In this document: in pieces, positions 40,550 through 51,806 of the stretch
Layout: the number at the start of each line of letters is the position of its first letter
How positions within the stretch are numbered: position 1 is the stretch's first letter
Assembly (NCBI GenBank): GCA_964106645.2
Contig: OZ078259.1
DNA from: Podarcis pityusensis
Taxonomy: Eukaryota
Direction: 5' to 3' (one strand)
DNA: 64,000 bases
The notes under the pieces: generated by a model
What the model was told of the DNA's origin: nothing
Seen by the model: the letters and a program-made list of their open reading frames with translations, nothing else
Databases searched by the model: none
Position numbers and translations under genes: made by a program

Positions 40550-41150
40550 GGTCAGGGGCTGGATGTTCCCACTGGTATCATGGACTGGATGGATGAAGAG
40601 GAGTGGTGAGAGGCACCAGTTGGGGAAACACCTAGGGAAACCTCAGAGGAGGAAGACTCAGAGCCCTGGGAGTGGTGGCAGGACACTGAAGACCGGTCAG
40701 AGGGCAAAGGGACAGGGAGGAATGGTTGGAGGCTGAAGAGACAACAGGCTTTTGTGAGCAAGAAGAGCCAGGTGCAGAAAGCAGTTCAGACTCAGCAGAT
40801 GAAGCAGAGGAGGAGGGGACAGAAGCTGCAGCAGCATCACAGGAGCTTCAAGCTCCTACTGTACTAAGCTCCCCTCCCCACTTGTCTCCAAGGACATAGA
40901 GGGCTATGCTTGTAGCAGAAGAAAGAGCACAGATTCCTCACCAGCATAATTTAAGGCTGCTTGAGAAATGTCTGGCTGAGGAGGAAACTTACAGGGAAGT
41001 AGATGGTGAAGACCTTCAGTCCTAGCAATTGCGTTGTAGGGCCAGTCCTGTCCAGAAGCCTTTCTGTGCTGTATGTTTTCTTGAATAAAGAGCTAACTTT
41101 TCTACTTGTCTCTGTGTCTTGATTGCTGACCTGCATCTGAACCAGCCCAT
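40550..41150 (+). mobile_element. LTR-like element (probable solo LTR) with purine-rich, acidic-coding-like body
   Basis: GGGGCTGG/CCAGCCC terminal complementarity, AATAAA at about 41084 followed by a GT-rich tract. Same architecture as 56882-57509. Boundaries approximate. Confidence 0.55.
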
Positions 41151-43049
41151 ATTTTACTTGGGGGAAGTCACCGAAACCCCCTATTTCCCCATTAATTCTT
41201 CCTATATTCAATAATCCACTTTTAATGTTGCCTCCACCTTCAGCTCTAACCATCTGTGGCAGAGAGTCAAAGGATCAGAAAACCAGAGAATCAGAACACT
41301 GGACAATCGGACAATCATTTGACATATACAAAAGGAACCAGGACCCTTTCAATATGTATTATTAAAGACAGAAAATAAAGCTACTATTGGAGCTATCACA
41401 ACCAACTGAGCGGAAACACACACACATTTTACACACACATATTTCTCTTTTTTTGGTAGCACATATACAGTTTGGTCACAATTTTTATATGAGTGCTAAA
41501 AAGGGGAAAGAAAAATGAATATAAAAATTAAGCATACAGAAAAAACCAGAAGTATACAGCTCAATGCTGGAGAGACAACTGGAAAAATTATCCTGCAGGG
41601 GTAGTGGGGGGGGGGGAGAAAATGAGGTAGGAGCAGGCCACCTCCAACACAGTTCTTGGGAAAGCATGCAAAATTCCCTTCAGAAACTATTTTAGTTCAG
41701 AAGAGGGACAAATTTTTCTTTTGGCTTTCCATGGATTGATATTTGTTCCAATTCAGCAGTAAACTGTGGGTTTCCCCGGGGAAAGCAGCGTGACAAACCT
41801 CCCCCAACTTCTCAGAAAGGTGATAATAGATTGACACAAAATACTAGAAAACATGGGACAAACGAATGTGTGGATCGGCCCTTCAATGAACTGAATGGTA
41901 GAGAACTCTGAGTATAAAGGGTCTCTACTTAAAATAAGTTTTCTGGTTAAGACAAATGCATTCCACAATATTTACGCTCCCCCTGCTAAACAATTGTTCA
42001 CATGCATTAATACGTGAGCTTGGTTTCTGATGCATGCACTAATCACTTGGTTTCTGCGCATACACTTATCTAGCTGCTGTAGTCACGTATAGGAAGAGAC
42101 AGAGTATCTTCTTGGGGGTGTCACTGTTTATTATACCTAGTAAGAAGGCCTCTTTTGGGGGGGATGTACACCTAAACATCTATTTTAGTTCTACATAAAT
42201 AATTTCCCAAATTTCTTTGGCCTGCTTACATAACCACTACATGTGTATGAAAGTCCCCTCTGTCTCTTGGCATCCTCAGCACATTCTGGATCCATTTTTG
42301 TACATATTTACAATCTTGCTTGGGGTTAGGTACCACCTATACGTATTTTTTTCCTTTATAGTATAACAAGCCAAGAAGTTCATTGTTGTCTTCCATAGTT
42401 TCTCCCATGCCTTCATTTCTATGTTTTGGCCTGTATTGATTTCCCCAATGAGTCACTGATGCCTTTATCATTTCATCTTTCGTCTTTTGTGCATCGAAGT
42501 GAATGTTTATATAACCTAGGCATTCATCTTTCCCTCACCCCCACCTTCAGGCTGAACGCACAAGACCTTTTCCAAATGAAGTCTAAGGAGTTCTGGATCA
42601 GTTCTGGCAAATACAATGGGAAAAGCAAGCGCTGAGGTAGGATGTCACATATCCTAATCATTGCAAAAGAAATAAGGTCTAGTTCAGTTTACGAACAATG
42701 GTCTGACTTTCAAATAATTCACAAAGGAAAGGAGCTTCCCCTGATAGAGTTGTTTTGTGGTTTTCCTCTAAATAGTTCACGAAACAGCTCGTCAGCAGAA
42801 CATGCTTCAGTCAACACTGTCATCTGCATGCAATACTTTTTTCCTGTTAAAAGTTCACTGCTTCAGTCTTTAGAAACAAAACCACTGACATAAATGATTA
42901 GGCTATGGGTTGTTCTCATTATATGATTTTAGTTAATAATGTACCAGAGGATATCCAGTCCTTCCCAGTAAGGCACACTTTCCCGCTAAATACATAATGT
43001 AATGGTAATTCATGGGAATGTGAAAACATATTTCTGTTATATAAGGATG

Positions 43050-43420
43050 GGAATATAGGCCATTCTAGGTTTCAAGTGCTAGTGGTAAATTCTCACCAGG
43101 GCTAAACTTCAAAGAACTGTGGGAGAAATTCTCAAATGCTAATACAGACCTTAGACTATTATTATTATTCCGTGAACTATATCGCAGCACTGAAACCGGA
43201 GTTAGAGTGGGTGTAAGGGGATGCCTGTTGGAGGCATTCAAGACATCAAAAGATGTGAAACAAGGCTGCATACTGCCCCCCTTTAACTTTTATATAAATG
43301 GCATGATGCAGGTACAATCTCCCGCCCCAACAATTAAGAATAAAAAGATATATTGTCTGCTGTCTGCTGATGATGTGGTGCTCCTATCACTCTTCCGTTT
43401 GGAAGCTGACAGCTTTCAGT
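43050..43420 (+). mobile_element. Degraded non-LTR retrotransposon RT fragment (clade uncertain, RTE-like)
   Basis: VKQGCIL.P.FNFYIN...LLSADDVVLLS corresponds to the RT QG and YADD motifs. Confidence 0.75.
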
Positions 43421-45134
43421 ATATAGAGGGATATGAAGTTAAATCCAAAAGGCAAAGGCCAGGAAGAATAGGTGCATTCTTGGTGACCGCCTAAGGTTAA
43501 AAAAAGTTGGCCCCTGACACAGGTGAATGGGAGTGAATTCTAGGTTTGGGGTCATTACGGAGGAGGCTCTCTTGCAAGCCATCACCTCTCCGTTCCAAAG
43601 GAGATGGCACTATAAGAAGAGTCTTCTCTGCTGACTGTAAAAGGAGAGAATGCACTCTTGCAGATATTTGGGGTCCAAGTCATTGTAATTAAACATTGGC
43701 TTCTTTCATTTGTTTGGGTGAACTATATCATAGTGTAATCTGCATATCTCATATAAACAGGAAAATGCAAAGTCACATTTGTCAGCTGCTAATTTGTCTG
43801 CTGCTGTAAAAATAAAAACCCAATTCCTCTTGGTTTTTTCTCCATGAGAAGCATCTAGTTTGTTCTCCTAGCCAACTATCGTTATTAAAGGAGACATAAA
43901 ACCTTAACTTCAGCTAGTAATAACTGCAGATTCATTACTTTTGAAGTGCAGTAAATAGAACAGTATTGCAAAATTTCTTTTGCACTTAGAATTCTCCCTT
44001 GAAGCAGCAACTTGAACAATAAGGAAATTGAAAGAAACAGACCAAGCAAAATATTGTAACATAGATTCCTGTGATCTATAACATGTGATAATGTTACGCA
44101 TATAGCACAGCGTCTTCTTACAAATGGTTTACAAATTTGTGTTCCTTTTCTGAATGGAAATTTGTATCAGGATGCTGTGAAGAGAACACAATCTCAATCA
44201 TGCTTATCCACTTGAGAAATTCTACCCTATAGACAATCCCAGTCTCAGATAAATCACATGTTTGATGAATCACTTGTTCCCTAAGCCCAGAGGCAAGTAA
44301 ATTAAGCTTTGAACCTTTTGGAGTCTAAGCAATAATGGTTCTTGTTCATCAACAGGAAGTACTGAAAACAATGGTTTGAGAAAGGGAATTAAAGGCTGCA
44401 TGAAAGCATAGTTGTTATTTTTATTGGCGTTTAGTTTTCCATTTATGAGATATGCTACATCTATTATATAGCTGTCCCAAGAATTTGGTCCTGCTAGTAA
44501 AAGCCAGCTGGAACCTTCCAGGCTTCTCTTATATTAATGAAGTTTGCCCTGAACACTGACACTCTAGGGTCAACCATTTATTAATATTGATTTTGTAAGA
44601 TTTAACAATGACATATTTTTACTTATGGTTGTTGAGGCCACTTTAAAGGAGCAGTCTGGGCTGTTGTTTTGTCTTTAACCAATACTGGATTAATTTTGGA
44701 TAGATGTTTAATTCAGCAAAACCATCACTGAACAGCTTCAATTAACAAGGGGTCACAGCATGGTCAGGAAAGGTTAACCTGGCGTTTCAATGGTCTGACT
44801 GGCATCCAGTTGACATTCAAGGTCCTGAACAAATAAGGCAAGGCTTTCACACAAAGATTCAGTTTGTAGTTATCAACACAAACTGGCCAGCTCAATAAGG
44901 TGCCTTCCGGATGTTGTGGACCCTGATTTGCATTAGCATCAGCCAGAATGGCCAGTGGGATGATAACTGTAGCACCAGGTTGGCTACTCCTGCCATACAG
45001 TAGCTAGCCATGAGTTCACTGCATTCATATATTACACACCAGTAGTTTCCTTCTAACAAATGGCTTTAATTTTTTTAAACTTCTTTACTGAACTACAAAT
45101 GTAATTTGTGAACACTAGAGAAACACGGTAAGTA

Positions 45135-45756
45135 CAGGATGATTCAAAATGAAGTATACAGTTTCCAGATGTTGTAAGACACTAAAAGGCAATGACATGG
45201 ACCACAACTGCGAACCGTGAGGCAGATGTACTAATAAAGTTTGTGTTCCGCTACTGAGGGAAATGACGCAGGCGATAGTGCACGTGTCATGTGATAAGTC
45301 AGGCAAAATGGCTGCGTCTGCAATGGAGAAGGCGTTTTGTGTTCTTGAATTGAGCAAAACGGAATCTGTAACTGTTGTGCAGTTTAGACCGCAATTTGGA
45401 AAAAAAACCTCCAAGCAGAAAATGTATCTACGATTGGCATAAAAGATTTGAAACTATGGGCTGTTTGTGCAAACTTAGAAGTCCTGGACGACCGTGTATA
45501 TCAGAAGAAGTCGTCAATAGTGTTTGCACCGCCATTCAATGAAGCCCGGGAAAATCAACATGTAGGGTGAGTTGCGTTTGGGTAGAACTGGATTACTGGT
45601 TTGATGTGTGCCATGTGACAAAGGGTACTCACATAGAACATCTGTGACTGTTTCTAAAAAAAACTTTAAACATTCTCCTGCAGGTAACATAAGATATATT
45701 ACATTCTTCTTTTTTATAGTGTGTTTAAACTGTATGCCTCATTATGAATCACCCTG
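45135..45756 (+). mobile_element. Internally deleted Tc1/mariner-superfamily transposon with transposase remnant (45308-45647)
   Basis: TIR CAGGATGATTCAAAATGA / TCATTATGAATCACCCTG and TA TSD. N-terminal HTH MEKAFCVLELSKTESVTVVQFR..PPSRKCIYDWHKRFETMGCLCK..SPGRP is fused to the C-terminus VWVELDYWFDVCHVTKGTHIEHL*. One frameshift and one internal stop. Confidence 0.88.
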
Positions 45757-46125
45757 TATTTTTTGCAGCAGGGCTGGGAAACCTTCCAGAGCTGCATGAT
45801 AGTGGTGGGCATGACTCAGTGGGCAGAGTAATGGATGCAATGCAACTTTGTATAATAGGCTACATTATAGCCACAAAGAATTCAGAGCTTTCTATAAACA
45901 AGCATCTCCACATACCCCGCTCCACCCAGGCAAGCCCCATCACCACAATTCAAGGACACATTCTATCCAGGCAACTGCACCTGAGGGCTGCTGTTCTGTC
46001 AGAGCAGAACCAGTGAACAGTCTGGTCTGGGGATAGTCCTGAAGGCCAGAAAGAGAAGCCCTGAGGGCTGCATTATGCACCGTGGCCTGAGACCACCACA
46101 CCTGTTTCAGAGGGAATGATGATTA

Positions 46126-46367
46126 CAGTGGTACCTCCGGAGCTCTATTCGCATCTAGAAGCAATCGTAACTAGCGAGGGCACATCTGGGCACGCGCACG
46201 TCGCTTTTTGCCGCTTCTGCGCATGTGCGTGACGTCATTTTGAGCGTCTGCGCATGTGCAAGCAGCGAAACCTGGAGGTAACGCGCTCCCCATAACCCCA
46301 TGGGGTTGCCGCAGAGCACAACTCCAACACGCTCAACTCGAAGCGTATTCAACCCGAGGCATAACTG
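46126..46367. mobile_element. Tigger/pogo-like MITE, different subfamily
   Basis: TA-CAGTGGTACCTC left end, degenerate right end AACCCGAGGCATAACTG, CpG-rich body with TGCGCATGTGC repeats. Confidence 0.7.
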
Positions 46368-48299
46368 CATTTATGTATATATATATACACAGAGAGAATA
46401 ATAATCATTTGAATGACAAGCCAAAAATTTCAACAAGCTGCAAAAGCAACAAACAATTCATAAAACCACAGGTATAAGGAACCTATGACCCTCCAACTGT
46501 TGCCAATCTACAGCTCCTATCAGCCACTTCTTTGCTACCAGTATCAATGACCAAGCTGGCTGGGGCAGAAGGGAACTGGAGTCCAAAAACAACTGAAAGC
46601 TACAGGTTTCTGGATCTTCTTTTTAAAAGCAGTCAATGCTGGGGCTTAACAGATTTCATCTGGAAAGGCTACATATAATCTCCACAGGCCCACGTATTGG
46701 CTCCATCAGGATTATTTGTGCTTTGTAGCCTAGACTTCAGATACAAACAAAATGAACCCAAATGCACGAGATTTATGGGGTGACAGGTTTTGCAATTTCA
46801 CAAATTGTCAGTGAATTGTAATTTTTCAAAGATGAATAGTGATCAATCAAATGAAGCCTGCAAAATCACTTACCAGTGGTAGCAAGCAACTACTGAGGTA
46901 CAGCCAAGTTCTACTAATATGAAATTTCCTCAGATAGTATTATAAACATTGGAAAGGTCACCAATATCCTTTCCTTTTTGGAAAAATGTACAGTTCCCTT
47001 ACCTTGAACTGTTTTTCCACATTGAAATGCCTGACCAGAATACAGCCAGGAGTTCTTCATAGGTACACTTTGAGATTTTCCTTGTTCACAAGCCGAGAGG
47101 CACTTAAGAGCTATGGAGTTTAAGAATGGGGAAATAACGCCTCTCAAGCCCTCTAGTCACCACCAGCCAGCCTGCTGCTTAATATACCTATAGTGAGAAC
47201 TCATGCGAATTAAACACATGGGTCAAGAATTTTAACTATAACAACAATTACCAACTGATCAAAGATTATCATGGCATCTCAGATTATTCTGTAATTTACA
47301 TATGACTGAAGCATACATATTCATGCCAAAGATATGGTTTCCATTCTGAAAGAGATCTAGAAGAGTTTCCCCAGAAAGGAAACATACAGAAAAGAAAAAC
47401 ATCTCAAACCATCTCCCTATCTTTGCTTTCTAATTGGAAGCTTTGTGCAGGGTTTTATCCAGAGCCCTGCTGGACAATCCCATCAGCCCATCTAGTCTGG
47501 TATCCCATACTCACGGGGGTCAAGCCCGATGTTTATGAGGAGCCCACAAATAGGAGCTGAGTGCAACAGCAACTCTTCCCACTTGCAAATTTTAGCAACT
47601 GGTATTCAGAGGTATACTGCCTCTGACAGTGGAAGCAGAACATAACTACTGTGGTCATTAGCCATTGATAGTCTTAACCTCACTTTTATCCTGTTGTTGA
47701 TTTTTATTGTATAATTGTCATGTTTAGAATGTATTGTATGATGTCTACACATTTTTTTTAAATAAGGTGTCTAGTAAGTGTAAGTATGAAATAAATTAAA
47801 GTTGAGTTTGAAAAGAGGGCCAGGTGGGCAAAGGGACCATCATCCAGAGAGGTTGTTGCATGCGATCTGCGGCAAACTAGAAGTCCACAGCCCACAAATT
47901 TTCACTGTAATCACCGCAATACAAATCAAAGTATTGCTGCTACAGATCAACACTGATCATTCAGGAAAGTAGGTATGAACTACCAACCTAAGGATTCAAA
48001 AAGCTTGGTACTTTCTTCAGTAAATCTTTCCCGCTTATTTTCAACCAAGTGCCTTTCAAAGACAGACAGATAAGGGAAACATTTTCCAGAACTGTACATT
48101 TTTTCAGTATGACAAATGTGCACTTAGAAGCATTGCTAACATAGTTCCATGCCTAAGGTTAATGTAAGCGTGTGAGGTGTGGAAATCAGTTAACAGTTTG
48201 AAATTGGTCCCAGAATTTGCATGACAAAGCAGGCAGCCACTAACATGCAATCTGAAGTACATTAAAAGCCAGCCGACTTCACATAGGGTCACAATGAAT

Positions 48300-48416
48300 A
48301 GGTAAAGGACCCCTGGACAGTTAAGTCCAGCAAAAGACGACTATGGGGTGTAGCACTCATCTCACTTCAGGCAGAGGAGCCAGTGTTTATCCACAGACAG
48401 CTTTCTGGGTCATGTG
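48300..48416 (-). mobile_element. Sauria SINE 3' fragment (older subfamily)
   Basis: AGGTAAAGGACCCCTGGAC...CTCATCTC...TTTCTGGGTCATGTG aligns with the tail end of the 35768 copy. Confidence 0.75.
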
Positions 48417-48599
48417 AGACAGCGTAGCTGGGGGTGGGTTGCACTGGGCACCACTCACTTAGGATGGAATAAGAACCTAAAACACATATAGTCTATCATG
48501 CAAGCAATGCAATAATTCTTTCTACGGAAATTGTGTAGCAACTTGTACATAGTTGTAACAGGTAAATCTCATCCCCTGGGCCTGGACCAATAAGCAGGT

Positions 48600-48746
48600 T
48601 CTCTCAAGTTTTGAGACTACTGCTTCCCCTAGGGGCAGGAGTAGTTAAAAGCAGCCCCCTGGGCAAATTTGAAGGATAATTATGTTGCACTTCCAGGAAA
48701 ATGAAGGGCATGTGGGTATGCAGGGAGAAACAGAGAGTTGAAAAGT

Positions 48747-48794
<48 letters not shown>

Positions 48795-49230
48795 ATGCAT
48801 GGGGGTGGGATGAGGGAGAAAGCACAGCCATCCAGCCCAATTACAATGAAAATAGTGAATGCTTAGCCATTAATCTCATTTCTAGGTATTATAATGCAAG
48901 TTCTACACTCAATTATAAAGAATGAGTCACAGTTATTCAGATCACACACACACACACACCACCCACTTTTATTTTTTAGGTGGGGGGTTAGTTAAAAATC
49001 TATTACATAATCCCAGAGAACTACACCCTGCCTTGAACAGCAGCGGCTAAAGCTGTATGAAGCATTCATATCTAAAGCCGTCTGTAGCTTTTCAGCATTG
49101 CTCTCTGACAAAGTCCAGGGAGGCAGTCTCCTGCACATTTAGATTTCTCCAAGCTGTGGAGAGCTGTGACATCACCGGGTAAAAGTTTGGCTTCAGCCAG
49201 CCCTCTACTGTTTGTGGTTAAGGGGAGGCC
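48600..49230 (+). promoter_or_regulatory. Candidate ANGPTL2 promoter/proximal regulatory region
   Basis: Directly upstream of the putative exon 1. Variant CRE/ATF site TGACATCA (49167-49174), RUNX-type TGTGGTT (49213-49219), STAT-type TTCCAGGAA overlapping NFAT-type GGAAAA (48691-48701), and a (GT)n(GA)n tract. Confidence 0.5.
48744..48794. repeat. Compound (GT)n(GA)n microsatellite
   Basis: Direct reading. Confidence 0.95.
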
Positions 49231-49793
49231 CTGAATGTGTCTCTTGCTGGTGGATCCCTTGCCCTTGTGGGAGGGGGAAGCGGAGCTTATCCAACCAGAA
49301 CTTGTCTGCTTACCGCATGCTTGATTATCTCCCCCCCCTCCTCCAGCATGTAAATCCACCACAAAGAAGCTGAAGTTCAAATAGGGCTGTTTTAGCTTCG
49401 CTTGAAATGATGGATTGAAAGCTTCAAAACTGAAATGCAAAGAGGCAGAGCTCCTGAAAAGCAAGTCGGTGCTGCAGCCTATTGTCCCTGAGTGTCCATA
49501 GCATGGGGACCGACGGCTTTGATTCAGCAAGCAAGTTAAAGGAACAAGAATTTAAACAATAAGGAAGTAACAGGACTGCAATAGCCTTCTTATGTTATCC
49601 GTCCAAGCACAGTACCAAATGCATGAAGCTTTTCATGCAACAGAAACTAGATAACCCTCATCGCGAATGAATGCATTTATTTTGCTGCAATCAGTGATGT
49701 CACTATTTCTCTGGATGATCTAGTCAGTGAATCTTTTATTGTTATCTTTAAAACAAGTCTCAAGATTGAAGAGAGAAACCAGAAGGAAACAGG
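49230..49793 (+). other. ANGPTL2: Probable non-coding exon 1 (5' UTR) of ANGPTL2
   Basis: Block GCATGTAAATCCACCACAAAGAAGCTGAAGTTCAAATAGGGCTG (49346-49389) resembles the human ANGPTL2 5' UTR as I recall it. Good donor CAGG|gtaaga at 49793. The 5' boundary is approximate. Confidence 0.65.
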
Positions 49794-51774
49794 GTAAGAA
49801 TTTGAGATGTGTCACATTTAACATATATTTATATTTTCAGTGCTAGCTGCAAAGTCATTTCAAAAGTGCTCTTGATTTAAAAGAACAATGCCAGATTTTT
49901 GATAAGGCTGATAAATTTGAGTTAGAAATCTTAAAATGTGGTTTTCTTATTAAAATGAATTCATCTGAACACTGAAATGTTACTAGATCTGCATAGACTT
50001 TAAAAAAATAATCAAAATGAATGTTTGTTAATTTAGTTGATGTGCCAAAGTTCTAAGCATTTCTTAAAGTAAAATCAGCAACAACCAGTCCATCACAATA
50101 TTGATTGTTTATGTGCAAAATAATTTTTCCTTCCTAAATATAACACAGCAAAATCCTCTACACTTTGTGTCACTTATTTGAAAGGACTATTGTATTACAA
50201 CCCAGGAAGCTGGTCTTTACTTTCCTTTGACGCACTGATCAAAGATACAGAAAGTTCCTCTAAGTAGCAGCTCCTAGAATATCACAGTGTTTGCATGTTT
50301 AAGTGAAAACTCATTTTTTAAAAAGTCCAAGCTAAGTAGAGCTGGGAATAGTCCTCGCAACAGCTTTTGCAATAGATGCCAAGTGGGAAATCTGAAGCAA
50401 GCAAGATATGATCAAACAGTGTTGGAAAGCTCTTATTTTGCAAAGTTCTTAACACATGAAACAGAAAGCAAAAAATGTTAACACATCTTTCAGCATGGAT
50501 AGGCTTAAAAGAAAATAAAGTGAGGCCACTGTTAAAGGGGAGTAAGAACAAATGTAACATTTGGGTTTAGCTTTCTAACATTTCTAACAAAATGCTGATA
50601 ACTTCCTGCTTATCTCAGAAACAAAGGTTGCAGGGGCAGTTATAGGGCCTGCCATCTTTTGTCAGCAATCTCAAAGAGGAAGGATACAAAGTTTGGGATA
50701 GGTAATCCTTTAAAGTTTCTGAAGGCATTCGGTACCATTTCAAAACAATGCTCTTGCAGAAGTAATCAATGATCCGTGTCTTTTGGGGCATCTATACCAC
50801 TCCTCAGCAAGTGGGAAATGAGCTGGAGGAGCTCTCAACCAAATGAAGGGGGCTGCATTTACCTGCATAGTTTAAATTACACAGAAAAACCGGACTGCTT
50901 CTGCCACACAGGGGTTCAGTAACAAAGTGTGTGTGTCTGTTTGGGGGTTAAGTATTTTGCATGGTTCTGATATTAAAAAACACTTGCTGCCAGACCATGT
51001 TTCACATTTGAGGAGTATGATATGCTTGTTATGATAGTTAACATTAAAAAATATCTATCTGTCTGCTCCTTACAATATCCAACACAATGAAGTGGCCTCA
51101 TATAATTATTTTTCTCCTGTCTTAAGAGGAGTGTTTCCACATACTCTACAGCAAGTTCCACCTAGAACTTTGTCTTGCAAAAATCTTATTTGGCTCTTGA
51201 GCCCTTCTGCTTTTATGCACACTGGACTGTGAAATGCATGAGTACCTGGGAGATTAACCCCTGCTGAATTTTTTTACAAGAACCCATTCTACATGGAATT
51301 AGGGTGACAACAAAGGCTGTGTCAGGATGGGAGACAAAATGATTTTAAAAAGTCATTAAAAGTACCTCACATAATTTTTCATTCTTTAAATATCTAATTT
51401 GAGCTCAAGCAGAACAAAACAATACTCAGCACTTATCGACAGGGTACTTATATTCATCTGTGCTGGGAGTGTCTGCATGTAGTAAGATTCTGGGATGAGG
51501 TACTTAAGGAGGTGAACACCACAACTAGGCAAACAGTTGCTGAAAAAACTTAGTCAGCTATTTTCACTGTTTGAGCCTGGGGTAGCATTGTATTTAAGAA
51601 TTTTATTAGATTCATGTTACTTGCTGCCAGATTTGTGATAACAAAACTGTGGTAGAACAATACAACTCTATTCGTATATCTCTGGTACAGTATTTTTTGG
51701 CAAATTGCCATTGTGGATGGAGAAACTTACTAATGAAATCCAAGTCATCAAGGGAGAGCAAACCAGGTGCCTTT

Positions 51775-51806
<32 letters not shown>

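Noticed and set aside
49072-49530. 152-aa minus-strand ORF
   Set aside because: Overlaps the ANGPTL2 promoter and exon 1 in antisense, with no recognisable protein features.
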